DNA of 59,933 nucleotides, the filler included, from Jimgerdemannia flammicorona (lineage: Eukaryota): assembly GCA_003990765.1 (NCBI GenBank). It is 3 parts of 3 records of this genome, joined end to end, with 100 filler letters (N's around TTAATTAATTAA, not from the genome) between each part and the next. Parts side by side here need not be neighbours in the genome. Positions count along the whole stretch, not along the records: positions 1 to 19,912 come from RBNJ01001807.1; 2 more parts are not named here. The stretch is one strand, 5' to 3'. A model generated the notes under the pieces. That model was not told where the DNA came from. It saw only the letters and a program-made list of their open reading frames with translations, and ran no database searches. A program made the translations under genes and the position numbers. Of the stretch, positions 1-11,984 are shown in pieces; the first letter of the stretch is position 1, and every line of letters starts with the position of its first letter.

Positions 1-39
1 CCCCCTAGGGGGGCCCCCCCCACCCACCTCTACTCTATG

Positions 40-3000
40 AAAGACCACTTTATCTAATATCATCTCCACCCGCCCACCACTCTGTTTACAGATCCCTTCT
101 ACCAGGCGACAACATTTACTACCCTGAGGACCCCAACCCACCCACCACCCAGTCATCAGATCCCCATCAACTCTTTCCATCTTGACAACTTCTCCTATAA
201 ATCCATCTGCTACCCCTCCTCGAAAACAAAGAGCCAATGTCCAGCCAGCCCTACCCATACTATCAAAACCCATCCTACAGTGAGCCAGCCATTGCCCACA
301 TCACTCACTTGTCTAGATTTCAAATCCTCCCAGTGACCTTGCTCTCCATCTGGTCTCTATGCCACATCTAGCCGATTCCCTACTACTATCCAAAAGTTCC
401 CCAGAACCTCACACTCCCCCAGCCAATGTTTAGGCATTTGCACAAATCCCTCTACTTGCTCTACATTATAACACTCCTCACAATCTAAATGGCCACCCTC
501 CACAAGATGCCTAGCATAGAAATTCAACATGACATTCCTCCTCAATATCTACCACCAAATCACCCAGAACTTAGGAGGAAGCCACCACCACACCTCAGCA
601 CTCCATGACCAGACTCCTGCCTAGTCCCACTCCTCTCCAATCCCTACCTACTTGGCCACAGATTCTGGCCAAGACCCCGCTGACACTCTACTCCATCACC
701 AATATCAAACTCAGCAAGCAGAATACCCCCCAGAAGGAGTCTGTCCCATCGCCACATAGTGGGACCCCACAGCACCTCTCCCTCATTGCCTCACCAGCAC
801 AGGCCTATTTGGTGTACTCTATCCACCACCCCCCACTGGAAGCCCTTATACCATAGCTGTTGGCTTCCAGCCAGGCCCATCAGAGATAGCAAATCTCCTG
901 AGGACCCCCGAGGAGAGAACCTCATCTCCCACACCTTCTGCAGCAGTAGCACCCAACCTCCTCCCTGCAGTTCAATAGCTCTTTTCAACCACCAAGCTCG
1001 CAGACAGTGCAGCTGTCTAGAGAAGTCCACAAGGCCTAGTCCTCCTCTAACTACTGGTGTTGCAAGAGTATCCCAACTGATCTGGGACCTCCTCTCTGCC
1101 CAGATCCAATCTCTAGCCAGTTTCATCAGTCGCTTCACTACCCAAGCTAGGAAGTCTAAATGGTAGGCTACATACCATAGCTTGGGGAACCAGTAGACAT
1201 TCAAGATTGACATCTGCCCTGTCAGAGAGATGTGGCAACCCCTCCAACCTCTAAGAGCCTCTCCCCAAATGGCCACTCTTCTCTCCCACCACACTCGTGG
1301 TAGAACAGATCCATATACAGAAAGGAAAATACCCAAATACTGCACTATCTCTCCTGTGGGGACAATTGTTCCAATGACATCCCCTTCCACCAGCCCATTC
1401 CCTAACACCATCATCTCACACTTATACCAGTTGAGTTTTGCTCCAGAGTACACCTCATACCATTCCACTGTCTCTTTGAGCACCTCAATGTCCACTATAG
1501 ATCTAAGGCCAATAACTATGTTATCTGCAAAGGCCCCCACCTTCCATGTCATACCATACATAGAGAGTTCTACCACTCTCTGACATATTCTATCCATCAA
1601 AGGTTCTAATGAAAGGGCATAAAGGATAGGAGATAGCAGGTCTCCCTGAGGAACTCCTCTTCCCAAGGGAAATACTAAACTCCAGTGACCATTATACATC
1701 AGTGCTGCCCTACTACCCTCCAACAAATTCAGCATAGAAGCCCGAAACCTTGGAGGAACACTAATTCTATCTAGTACCTTGCCTAGCCATACCTGCCAAA
1801 CACAGTCATAGGCCTTCTCCTGATCCAAAAAGACCAGTCTACCATCTAGTCCGCAGGCCCAGGCCCCCTCAATGATGCCATGCACCCAGGCAGTCCCATC
1901 CCTGATAAGCCTGCCTCCTACAAAACCTTGCTGCTCCTCACCCAGAACCTGTTGGGCAACCTTCTGTAGCCTCGCAACAATCACCTTAGTCACCAACTTC
2001 CTGTCCATATCCAGAAGCATAATCGGCCTCCAGTTCTTCCAGTCCTCCCTTCTCTCCTTATCTTTGTACAATAGGGCCACTAGTCTCAAGTCCTGCTTGC
2101 CTACCCACATGCCATTCAAAAGAACATGGTCACAGAGCTCTAACACTCTAGGAACCTTCACCATCTTCTTCCAGAAGTCCCAAGGTAACCCATCCTCTAC
2201 TGGTACTGTCCCCAGCTTAGTTGCTGCAAGGACTCTCTGGATCTCCTTCTCTTGGACTGGTAAGATCAAATCACCTAGTCTATCTACTTATGGTGGCTCC
2301 TACTCCTCCAGTGTGTCTTCAATTGCCCTCTCATCCACTCCCCCTTCCCTCTCACTCCATAAACCCCTCCATTTCTCCTTCAATACACCCAAGATCTGCT
2401 GCATGCTATGCACCAAATCTCCCTTAGCATCCAAGACCCCATCTCATTAGTGGCGCACCCTCTTAGCCCGGAGGAGCCTTGACAGGTACCTAGTGGGCTG
2501 CTCTCCCTCCTCAAGCCCCTGCCACTGCAGTCTGGCAGTCATTCCTTTCATACAGATCTCCTCCTCTGTTTGCAATATTTGTTGCAGCTCCATCACCTCC
2601 AATTTCACTTGCTCCAACCTCCAATCCTCCACCCCTTCAGAATTAAGCAACTCAGCCCACTCCATCTGCAATCTAATCAGCCTATTAGAAGCACACCATA
2701 CTCACTTCCTTCTCTGCCTCTCAGCCTCCCTATCAGCTCCTCCCCAATAAATCCTTGCATCCTCCTTCAACCTTATCCACTGGATATCCACAGAAAACCC
2801 CTTATGTATCCAGGTGGCCATCCTCACTTGGACATCCTCCACTTATGGATCCCACAACCCCTTCTCGGCCAGCAGGGAGGAGTTATGGCACCAATGTCTA
2901 GGTCCATCTTCACTCTCCCCAAACTGGCCCTGCCCCAATAGCCCCCAGTGATCAGACTAAGGGCACCACTCCACCTCTAGAGTTCTCCAAACAACAGTAC

Positions 3001-3628
3001 CCCAACATTCAGCCATCAGAATCCAGTCAATCCTGGTACTCAGTCTATTTATCTAGTGTGTATAGACCCTTCTGTCACCCCACTGTGTTCTGCCCATATC
3101 CCCTAAGGAGCTAAGGTTCTCCACCTCCTCCCACTTATCCAGTCCACCACTCCTCCCACCCGCACTCCTTCCTCCATCAGTCCTATCCAGCTGTAGATTC
3201 CATACCATATTAAAGTCACCTCCCAGAATATTGACACCTTCCACCAAGAAGACACCCTCCTCCAACAGATCCCTAATCTACTCAATCTGCTCACCCCTAA
3301 CTGCAGGGCAGTAGCAGGAGCCAACCCTCACCAATTCTCACCCAGGTCAGTACCATTCTCCCCAGACCAAATAGTTCCCCCAGCTCTGAATTCTGCCCAA
3401 GTCCCCTCTATCCTTCCTCACCAGAATCACCACTTTGCCATTCCAAGTAGTAGTCCCTCCCCATTCTCTAGTCCACTCCATCTGATCTTTCTCATCCTCA
3501 TACCATACATCCTGTAGTAAGAAGAGATCAGCCTCCAATCTCTTAAGCCAAGTAAAAATGTTCCTATGCTGCTCCAATCCCCATAACCCATTTATATTTA
3601 GAGAGAAAATATTAGTTATACTGTTCAT
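40..3628 (-). pseudogene. LINE ORF2 (APE-RT-zinc finger) with in-frame stops; RT core open at 791-2269
   Basis: ORF fragments 3347-3628, 3053-3265, 2447-2671, 791-2269 and 357-545 follow canonical ORF2 order. Catalytic FADD reads FADN (G>A). The 3' limit is approximate. Confidence 0.88.
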
Positions 3629-3649
3629 AAGGAATAATGTTATTTGTCA

Positions 3650-5127
3650 GTTACCTTCTCTACAACTCTGCATTCAGCTCCTCCTATGCCAAGTCTAAGA
3701 CATATTCCACAGCCAGTTCCTTCTCTTCAGTCACCCATGTCTCCAACCCAGTCAGAAATTCCACCATTGCCCCATCCTCCTTTTCCTCAAAGTCCTCCCA
3801 GTATTCCAGACATGCCTCCTGTCAGAGTTGTAACCCATGATGCTCTGCCCAACAATAGGCAGCCTGCTCACCCACAACAGTCACCAACTCAGCCTCCCTC
3901 CCCTCATCCACCACATATTCCTCCTCCTCCTTCAAAATCACAAGGATCTCTGCCCTCAATACCTCCACTACTCCATCCCCATGCAAAATCCATGCCCAAT
4001 GCTCCTCCAGCATCATACACAGGTCAACTTCTCCCAATGCCTCAGCTGCAAGATTATCCATCATCTTGCTCATCCACAGCAGGTTCTCCACCTCCTTTCC
4101 TCCAGGTGTCCCTGGCTGCCCAGTATCCAGTATCATGGTCACTGACAGCCTCATCCCACTCCTCCTCTGGGACATCCACCAGCTCGTCCTCACCAACTGC
4201 CACCATCTGTCCCCCTTTCACCACATCTGGGACCCCAAAGTGAACTCATTGGGCCCCCTACATCAGCACATTCTCTGCTTCTCCTCTCTTTCTAACAGGG
4301 CCCCTCCTGATAAGTAGAGAAGAGGTACTATCCAAATCCTCCTCCCAAACTTCAAATGTACTATCAGCATAGAGATCCTTGCCCAGTGCCTTCCCAGCTC
4401 TTTCTCCATTTACCACCACCTCCTCTCCTCTCTTGCTAGCCCAGATGCTGGCTTCGATGCCTCCAGACTCCTCAGCCCCATCCACCTTCTTCTTTGCCCC
4501 TCCTTTCATACTCACCAAAAGCTCCCTCTGCCTCCTGCACCTCTGGGCCTGCTCCCACTGTCTCTTGTCAATGCAAATATGCTTCCCATCTACAATCTCC
4601 AGATGCATCAATTTCTCAAACATTCTCCAGGCCTTCACTCTCCTCTCAACTGTACCACTCAACTCCTCTAGAGCCTCCAACAAGTCCTCCTCCTCCTCTT
4701 CACTCCCTTTCATCCTCAACACCTTACAGACAAAAGCCCCCCACATTAGCACCAAGGGCCAGTCACTCATCTTTTCTGTAGCCTCCTTCCCTGCCAGCCA
4801 AATCCTGACATCGACATCACCCATCCTAAATGTGGTCCCCTCCCACATCTGGAAGCCAATGTCCACTACATCACTATACTCCCCCATCACCTCCTCTACC
4901 CTTCTCCTAGTCTCCACTTTCATCACTGTCAGCACCCCCCTCACCAGAAGCTGTACCACCCTGGGGTCCCACCTCAAGCACCACACCATGGGAACCACCA
5001 CTTCCCCAACCACTACTCTAGTCTTCAGAGCCTCATCCAGTGGACCTGCCTTCTCAAAGCCTACCTCAACCCCCTCCAGTCCCTTTAGGAACTTCACTGA
5101 AGCTGCCCCAGCCACCTGTTTCGAAAT
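3650..5127 (-). pseudogene. LINE ORF1, partial
   Basis: ORFs 4258-5202 and 3822-4196 match ORF1 of copy 2 (KQVAGAASVKFLK...; VVDIGFQxWEG..RMxDxDVRIWL). The N-terminal MSSGTSS part of the called ORF is antisense gypsy sequence. Confidence 0.8.
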
Positions 5128-6030
5128 CGAGGAAGAAGAAACTTCTGACCAAGAAGTTCCTGAACAAGAAGCACCTGATAAAGAAGAGGTCCCTGAACTC
5201 ATTCCCTAGGATGACCCTCGCTAGACACCACCTGAAGACAATGACCCATGGAATACAGAAGAAGGACCCAGTATAATCACCATTATCACCAAGAAAGAAA
5301 CCTACCAAGAGAAAGCTTTTCAGCTAGGAAGATGTCTGCACCAAATGGTCTTCCATTCTCCCCGAGACTACTGCTATCAGTGTCATCTATTGGACCAATA
5401 AGAAAGACAGAGATCCCAGAGACCAGAATCCCCAACTACTCTTGCACAGTCTACTATCTTTCAAGAAGTCACCACAAGGTTACAAAGTCAATTTAGGGGA
5501 CAAGGCTTCTTCACCCAAACAGAAATATACCCCTTGTCTACTCTTCCCCCAACCTATGATCAAGATGGGTACTGATTCCCAAGACAACAAGAGATAAATA
5601 GCCAGGAACATCATTCTTGAGCAATGGGATATTGCAACTATGGGAGACACCCTGATTGCTGAGACTGCAGACATCAGAAAATTCACCTCAGTCATGATGT
5701 TGCAGTGCATACCTTGAAGAAAGGAGATAACTGAAGCCAGATCCAAAAAAGCCAGATTCAAAAAAGTCAGACCAAGAAGCCCAGAAAAAGAATTCTCAAG
5801 ATCTACGATTTGGGAGAAGACATCCTAGCTCTTATCAGACATGCAACTCACCAAGGATGGGAGAAGATGCCACCAACTTTATAGAAGCCCTTGACCCTAC
5901 AGGAAGGAGGGGAATCAATTACCTCCAAGACCCCTCTACTGGAGCCAGATGGCCACACCTCAACCTTAGAGCTTGGAGGCTTTCCACTAGTAGAGCTTCA
6001 GCCTTAGGAAAACCCGAACTCAGCAAGGAT

Positions 6031-6444
6031 ATTGCCCAGTATACCCTGCTGCACCCCAAGGCCAAACCCCCAATCAAAGCCCACTCAGAGGATATAGGAT
6101 ATGACCTTTACAGCCTGAAGAATGAATCTATCAAGCCTGGAAAAACCTTTATGGTCAGAACTGGATTAGCCATACAGCTATCCTAAGGAGTATATATTCA
6201 ACTGACCTCAAGGTCCAGACTTGCCAGATAAGGGATAACTATAGAAGGAGGAACCATTGACCCTGGATATATAGGTAAAATCAAGGTTATCCTACACAAC
6301 AGCAGTGCAGAATGGTACTGAATTATTAGAGGACAGAAGATTACCCAAGCAGTCTTCATGAAGGTCAAGACCCCATAGTTACAGGATGTCTCTGAACTAA
6401 CTGAAGGAACAAGACAAGCCAAGGGATTTGGAAGTTTAGATAAG
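6031..6444 (+). pseudogene. dUTPase domain within gypsy pol
   Basis: All five trimeric dUTPase motifs lie in one frame: GYDL, SRSRLA, GTIDPGYIGKI, GQKITQ, RQAKGFGS. Several in-frame stops. Confidence 0.9.
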
Positions 6445-6959
6445 AAGGAGATACATCTCCTTCAAGTCAACTATCTCAAGAGGAATATTCCCCAGCAAGT
6501 ATACCAGTAATCAGTCAGACTGCACAAGAATCTCATCCTGGAGCCTAGAGAACAAACTATCTTCAAAATCTTTGCACTACCTGACCCCAGGAATCTTTTC
6601 TTTGAACCCAAGGAAGATATCCCACACCTGGACATAGAGGGATACACATTCTCTGACAAGATGAACCCAGTACACTCCCAAGCAACCAACCAAAGTTGGG
6701 AGACCATCATCTTGCTGAAAGGAACCATCATAGGACATCTGGTGTCTTTTCTCAACCGAACTCATAGGGAAGTTTACAAACTAACCTTATCGGGAAACAG
6801 CAAAAGGTCCCAGAAGAAAGGAAAGGCCCCTCTGCGACCCAGGAGACAGTGAAGTCTTCCACCAACATTGGAGAAGAATTGACACCTCAATAACAGCAAC
6901 AACTAGTAGAACTTCTCAACAAATATCAAGATATCTTTACTACCAATTATGGCAACCTG

Positions 6960-7886
6960 CCATACAATCTATCATATCACCACAGCATAAATATAGGAAA
7001 TGTAACACCCATCTAGCAGAAACCTTATAGAATACCCCATCACTTGAAAACATTCAAAAAAGAGCACATCCAAGAACTCTTAGACAATGGAGTCATCCAA
7101 CCCTCTACTAGCCCCTGGGCCAGCCCTATACTTATTGTACCAAAGAAAGGAGGATGGAGACTCTGTGTGGATTACAGAAAACTCAACTCAGTCACTGAAA
7201 AGGATGCTTATCCTTTGCCCAGAATTGATGACCTTTTGGACCAGTTACAAGATGCCAGATACTTCAGTAGTATGGATCTATTTGCAGGATTCCATGAGAT
7301 CCCCATGGACCTGAAGGACATCCAGAAGATAGCCTTTCTTACTTTAGGAAAACTATTTGAATACCTCTGAATGTCTTTTGGACTTTGCAATGTACCCCCC
7401 ACCTTCCAGAGGATGATGAATTCAGTCTATGCCCTCTTGATCCACCCTTGTCTGATTGTATACATGGATAATTCCAACATCTATTCAGCAAATTTCGAAG
7501 AACACTTGCACTACCTAGAGGAATTCTTCAAGCTCACCTGCAAGAATCACTTGAGATTGAATGTAAAGAAATGCTACTTTGAGAAACAGAAACTTGAATT
7601 CCTGGAATTTATGGTCTCAAAAGAAGGAACTCATGCAGACCTAAAGAAAACCAAGAAGATCAACAATTGGCCAGTACTCAAGACTCCAAAAGAAATACTA
7701 TCATTCCTGATGCTAGTATCCTACTACAGAAGGTTTATCAAGGATTTTGCCCAAATTACTGCCTCAATCCGAATCCTTCTCAAGAAAGGAATGACATTCA
7801 AATGGACAGAATCACAGGAAAAAGCCTTCAGAGAACTCAAGAACCACATGACTACAGCATCAATCCTTATGTGCCCCAATCTATAG
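6960..7886 (+). pseudogene. Gypsy reverse transcriptase
   Basis: ORFs 7044-7370 and 7371-7886; SMDLFAGFHEI, MSFGLCNVPPTFQRMM, YMDN (from YMDD). Confidence 0.93.
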
Positions 7887-8255
7887 AAGCCATTCATCTT
7901 GTATACAGATGCTTCCAAAGATGGCCTAGGAGCAGTTCTAGCCCAAGAAGGACCTGACCAACAGCATCACATGATAGCTTATGCAAGCAGAGCTACCAAT
8001 CAGCAGCAGATGAACTATGGTAGCACCAAACTAGAATATCTTGCAGTCATATGGGCAGTCACCCTGTTCAAACATTACCTCATCGGAAAAAGGTTCACCC
8101 TGATCACAGACTATGCAGCTCTCAAATGGCTATTCAACCACAAGAAACCCACCAGAATTCTAGCCCACTGGATCCTTATCCTTCAGGATTACAAAATCAT
8201 CATTATTTACAAAGCAGGGAAAGCCCACAATAATGTTGATATACTTTCCCGATAG
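7887..8255 (+). pseudogene. Gypsy RNase H
   Basis: YTDASKDGLGAVLAQ, KLEYLAVIWAV, ITDYAALKWL, NVDILSR. Confidence 0.92.
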
Positions 8256-8260
8256 CCCCA

Positions 8261-9290
8261 ATGAACCAGAAGAAGGGTGTCCCAAGGAACCACACCCTAA
8301 AGGAAGCTCCTCAGACCATCAAGGAACAAGAAAATCTCATCCAACAAGAACATCAGAAAGCCCACCAAGGACAGACATGCATAGAAGACAAGATTCGAAA
8401 ACAATATCAACATTGGCCCTATCTCAGAACCCAAGTCCAAGACATCATTCAGAAATGTGACATCTGCCAGAAGTATCAAGGAAAGAAGAACTATCAAGCC
8501 CCTCTGCAACTGATTCCCCCACCCACTCACATCTTTCAAAGATGGGGAGTAGATGTAATTGAACCTCTACCAGTTACACCAAGAAGAAACAAATATATCC
8601 TTGTATTTGTGGAATATCTGACCAAGTGGCCTGAGGCTTTTTCAATAGAAATTGCAAATACCTTAACCATTGTAGGCCTCCTCCATAGACTCACACTCAG
8701 ATATGGACCCCCAGAAGAACTCATCTCTGACCGAGGCACAGAATTCATCAACAACATAATTACAAGTTATGCCTGAATTCACAAGATCCACCTCAAAAGG
8801 ACTATATCATACCACCCCCAGACCAATGGCATGACAGAAAGAATGAACCAGACCATTAAGAAAGGATTTGCCTGAGTCAATCCTACTAATTGAGACCTCT
8901 GCTTATCTGAGATCCTATGGGAAATTTGGAACACCCCTGCTGCATCCACCAAATAAAAGCCATTCGAAATGATGCTGACTATGAGAATCTTGGAGACCTC
9001 CTCAAGAAGGCAGAACAGTTATGTAATCAAGCCCAAGGATAGATTATCAAAGCCCAGGAAAGACAAAAGAAGTACTATAATCAAAAACAGAAGGATCAGG
9101 AGATCAAGATTGGAGATCAAGTTCTAGTTTGGAGAAACATGATTGAGACAAACTTTGCTGCCAAACTAGAACTGAAATGGGAAGGACCTTATCTTGTACA
9201 CAACATCAGAGAAACTAGTATCTATTTAAGAAGTATGGATAGATGAACCCTGAGAACACCAGTACACATCAATTACCTCAAACTATATTT
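8261..9290 (+). pseudogene. Gypsy integrase (HHCC, DDE, GPY/F)
   Basis: HQKAH...CDIC, WGVDVIEP, LISDRGTEF, YHPQTNGMTERMNQT, KLELKWEGPY; stops after 8776. Confidence 0.92.
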
Positions 9291-9302
9291 CCCCTCTACA
9301 CC

Positions 9303-9818
9303 ATGAGCCAAAGGATTGATCAGTACCTTCAGACATTGGTCCTCAGCTCTTTCCAAGTCCTACCAGTCCCTCTACTCCAATTCGGCCAAGCCAATGGAAG
9401 CCCCCTTCAAAGGATTCAAGCTCATCAAGAAAATCTCACCCTGGCCAGATGCCTACTACAAGTCCACCAACTGCAGGCCTATTATGCAATCAGTGAACAA
9501 TTGCAGAACCTCCCAGCCCCAGAACAGACCTATATCAGGAACACCATGGGTCTGACCAGAAGAGACACTACTGCCGCAGACAGACTATACACCATTTATA
9601 AACAAAATGTCACAGCCCTGGCACAGGCACAATTCTCCCTGAATGATATTCAAGGAATGAACCCTGTTACCTATTTGAGCATCACCAACTCTGTCAAAAT
9701 CCTATTCTCTGAAGAAGAAGAAGAGCTCATAGAATGGAGTGACCCCAGTATAGACAATAAAGATGATGGAACAGATATAGATGCAGAAGCAGCCTATGCT
9801 TATTGGGATGATGACTGA
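9303..9818 (+). CDS. Accessory ORF of unknown function (~171 aa) between integrase and PPT
   Basis: Open frame MSQRIDQYLQ...AYAYWDDD ends ~30 bp before the PPT. A homologous decayed ORF occupies the same position in gypsy copy 2 (~58240-58745). Confidence 0.7.
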   Translation: MSQRIDQYLQTLVLSSFQVLPVPLLQFGQANGSPLQRIQAHQENLTLARCLLQVHQLQAYYAISEQLQNLPAPEQTYIRNTMGLTRRDTTAADRLYTIYKQNVTALAQAQFSLNDIQGMNPVTYLSITNSVKILFSEEEEELIEWSDPSIDNKDDGTDIDAEAAYAYWDDD

Positions 9819-9857
9819 AGAATAGTCTGGGACAGACTACCCTTCAGTAGGGGCTGA

Positions 9858-10252
9858 TGTACCAAACCAAAACATACCACCAGAACTATATCTTAACCAA
9901 ATGACACAGACAATTAGGCAAGATGACATAAACACACAGCATAGTAACCAGCAACCATTGCTGTGGAAAACTATATAAATAGCCAGATATACCAGAAAGG
10001 GTCTGTTTACCTGTACAGACTCTGTATATCTGCCATAAGTAGCAGATCTATAATTAGCCACATAGTAACCAGATAGCAACCACAATGTATAAATTACCCC
10101 AGAGACAAGAGTGAATAAACCTCAGTCCAAAAAGTCCAAAATTCAAAGCAAAAGACAAGTCTGCCTACCACACTTCAAGAGGAACTCTACAGCTACTGCT
10201 AGGGGATTGTGAGCTTATTTCCCCTTTCCACTCTAGTCCACTTTCCAATACA
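9858..10252 (+). repeat. Gypsy 3' LTR (TGTA...TACA) preceded by PPT AGTAGGGG
   Basis: Purine tract at ~9846-9853, then TGTACC; ends CCAATACA. Internal blocks align with 58784-59250. Confidence 0.75.
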
Positions 10253-11984
10253 AAGAATGAGTTTGTTTTTGGTTCACTTGCCAGATAAGCCTGAAGATTT
10301 GCTGCCTAAGTTCAAGGAGAACTTTGCCGCCTTTTGAGTAACCCGCCACTTAAGGAATAAGCTACCATTTCCAAGTTATTCTCCACCTTCCCAAGAAAGC
10401 CACCTTGCTCAAGCCAGTTTCTGACACAACTTCGCAGTGGAGCCAGTCTATGACATAACCCCATACAAATGAAGCCAGTCTTTGATGTAACTTTGCCAAG
10501 AGACCCTTTCCCAAAGAACACTACCAGTTGTTTGTATTTCCAGAAGAGTCTGATCTGGAAGAACTCACACCATCCAAGTTATTCTCAGTTGAAGCCACCA
10601 TTTTCAGGTTATCCACATTCCCAGAAGAATCTAATCTGCACTGTCCAAGTTATTATTCTCAGAAGCCTACCAATTCAGAAAGAATCCATGACCTCCGAAT
10701 TATTCGTTGTTCCCAGTGAGCCCAAGTTATCAAGTTCTCTGCTGCTAGTACAATTCCCAGTAAACCCACATCCAAATTAAGTTATCTACCATCATCTAGA
10801 AATTGCATACTTTTGAGATCATCATCACTAAAGAAGGAAACTGTTAAATTGCCAGACCATCATGCACAAGGAGATTGTCACACTACACAAGAGATCATCA
10901 TGCCAGAAATCGTATACTTTTGGAGATTACCTCCCTCTAAGTCACTAATTTATGACTTATTTTTTTCTTCTTCATATACTTTGATGTTATCACACATATG
11001 GCAAACTAGTTCACTTCCTTTAGCACTTCAGGGACAAATATAACTGAGAGTGTTATCTGGTTTTTAAGAAAAGTATTCATTTTGTTTATCTCTTTCAATT
11101 TATTTGTAATAATTATGATATTGGAAACATTTATGTCTAACTGTCTTCATAAGTAGTAATATCTCAATCTAATATAATTTTATATTATAGACAATAGATA
11201 GTAATCTGATCTCATCTCTCACTCTCTTTTTGATTAATAGTTCTATATCAAAAAGATCAATCAAAATTTTCTTTATTTTTAGCCTTAGTTAAAGCTTGAT
11301 TAAAAATCTTTATTTTGTTTTTTTCTCAATCTTTGTTAGTATTTTCATCTAATTCTTTTTGCAGGAGAGTTTCAGTATATCCTCAGCAACAAAACTCAAT
11401 TCTTTCTCTTTCTTCTTGGTCTTATCAGTTGATAGTTAATTCTTCTTTATTTTGATTATAATTAAAACATTCTTTTTTGATCATAATACTTTTTTTTATG
11501 AAGCAAGAGATAATAATAAAGAAAGAATTATGAGTTATATTTTAGCTTACTTATTGTGATTATCATGTATGATGAGTATTGAATAATTGAAAGGTTGTAG
11601 AAAGGGGTGAGTGAAAGAAAAATCTTTAAGCCTAGTATCCAAGTAATGTCAAAAGTTCACTTTATCTGGTTTTGTTGCAACATATTCTATATAAGAGTCA
11701 ATGCAATAATGAAAAACAAACCAGTATATATTTTTTTAATAAAGTTGATAACTAAGTTACCCATTGGGAATATTTTTATAAAACTAAAATAAAACATTAG
11801 GGTCAAAACACTTTATTTCTTATCAACCTCTCTATACTATTCAATTATATTTAAAAGTTAGATATTCTAAACTTCTACTCTAAAAGTAGGTAGTGTAGAT
11901 AATGTCTCAAGATATAATGCCAGATTATGATATATATTGTATGAGGTTTATAATATATATAGGGGATGAACATCTGATATCTGA

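Larger units (their letters stand above)
1..5127 (-). mobile_element. L1/Tx1-like non-LTR retrotransposon, subfamily A copy 1 (5'-truncated within ORF1; 3' end runs off contig)
   Basis: Minus-strand order is ORF1, APE endonuclease (IFSLNINGL, LFLLQD, GGDFN), RT (NWRPIMLLDMDRK, DQEKAYD, GVPQGDLLSP, AFADN), then a C-terminal Cys/His region (CEEC...H...C). Colinear with 13372-18747; homology stops at ~5127. Confidence 0.93.
5128..10252 (+). mobile_element. Ty3/gypsy LTR retrotransposon, 5' part missing: dUTPase-RT-RNaseH-IN-extra ORF-PPT-3'LTR
   Basis: RT-RH-IN order with gypsy motifs PWASPILIVPKK, RLCVDYRKLN, YPLPRIDDLL, YTDAS, HHCC, ISDRGTEF, YHPQTNG, KWEGPY. Confidence 0.95.

Noticed and set aside
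4258..5202. 314-aa ORF as a fusion gene
   Set aside because: It merely reads across the LINE/gypsy junction at 5127; the first ~25 aa are antisense gypsy sequence.
3644..5209. Long Pro/Ser/Thr-rich plus-strand ORFs (3644-4243, 4379-5209) and similar ones opposite other LINE copies
   Set aside because: Antisense shadows of the G/purine-rich LINE coding strand; no independent motifs.
9243..9818. Extra ORF as a retroviral env or chromodomain
   Set aside because: No signal peptide, TM helix, furin site or chromodomain aromatic motif; kept as unknown.
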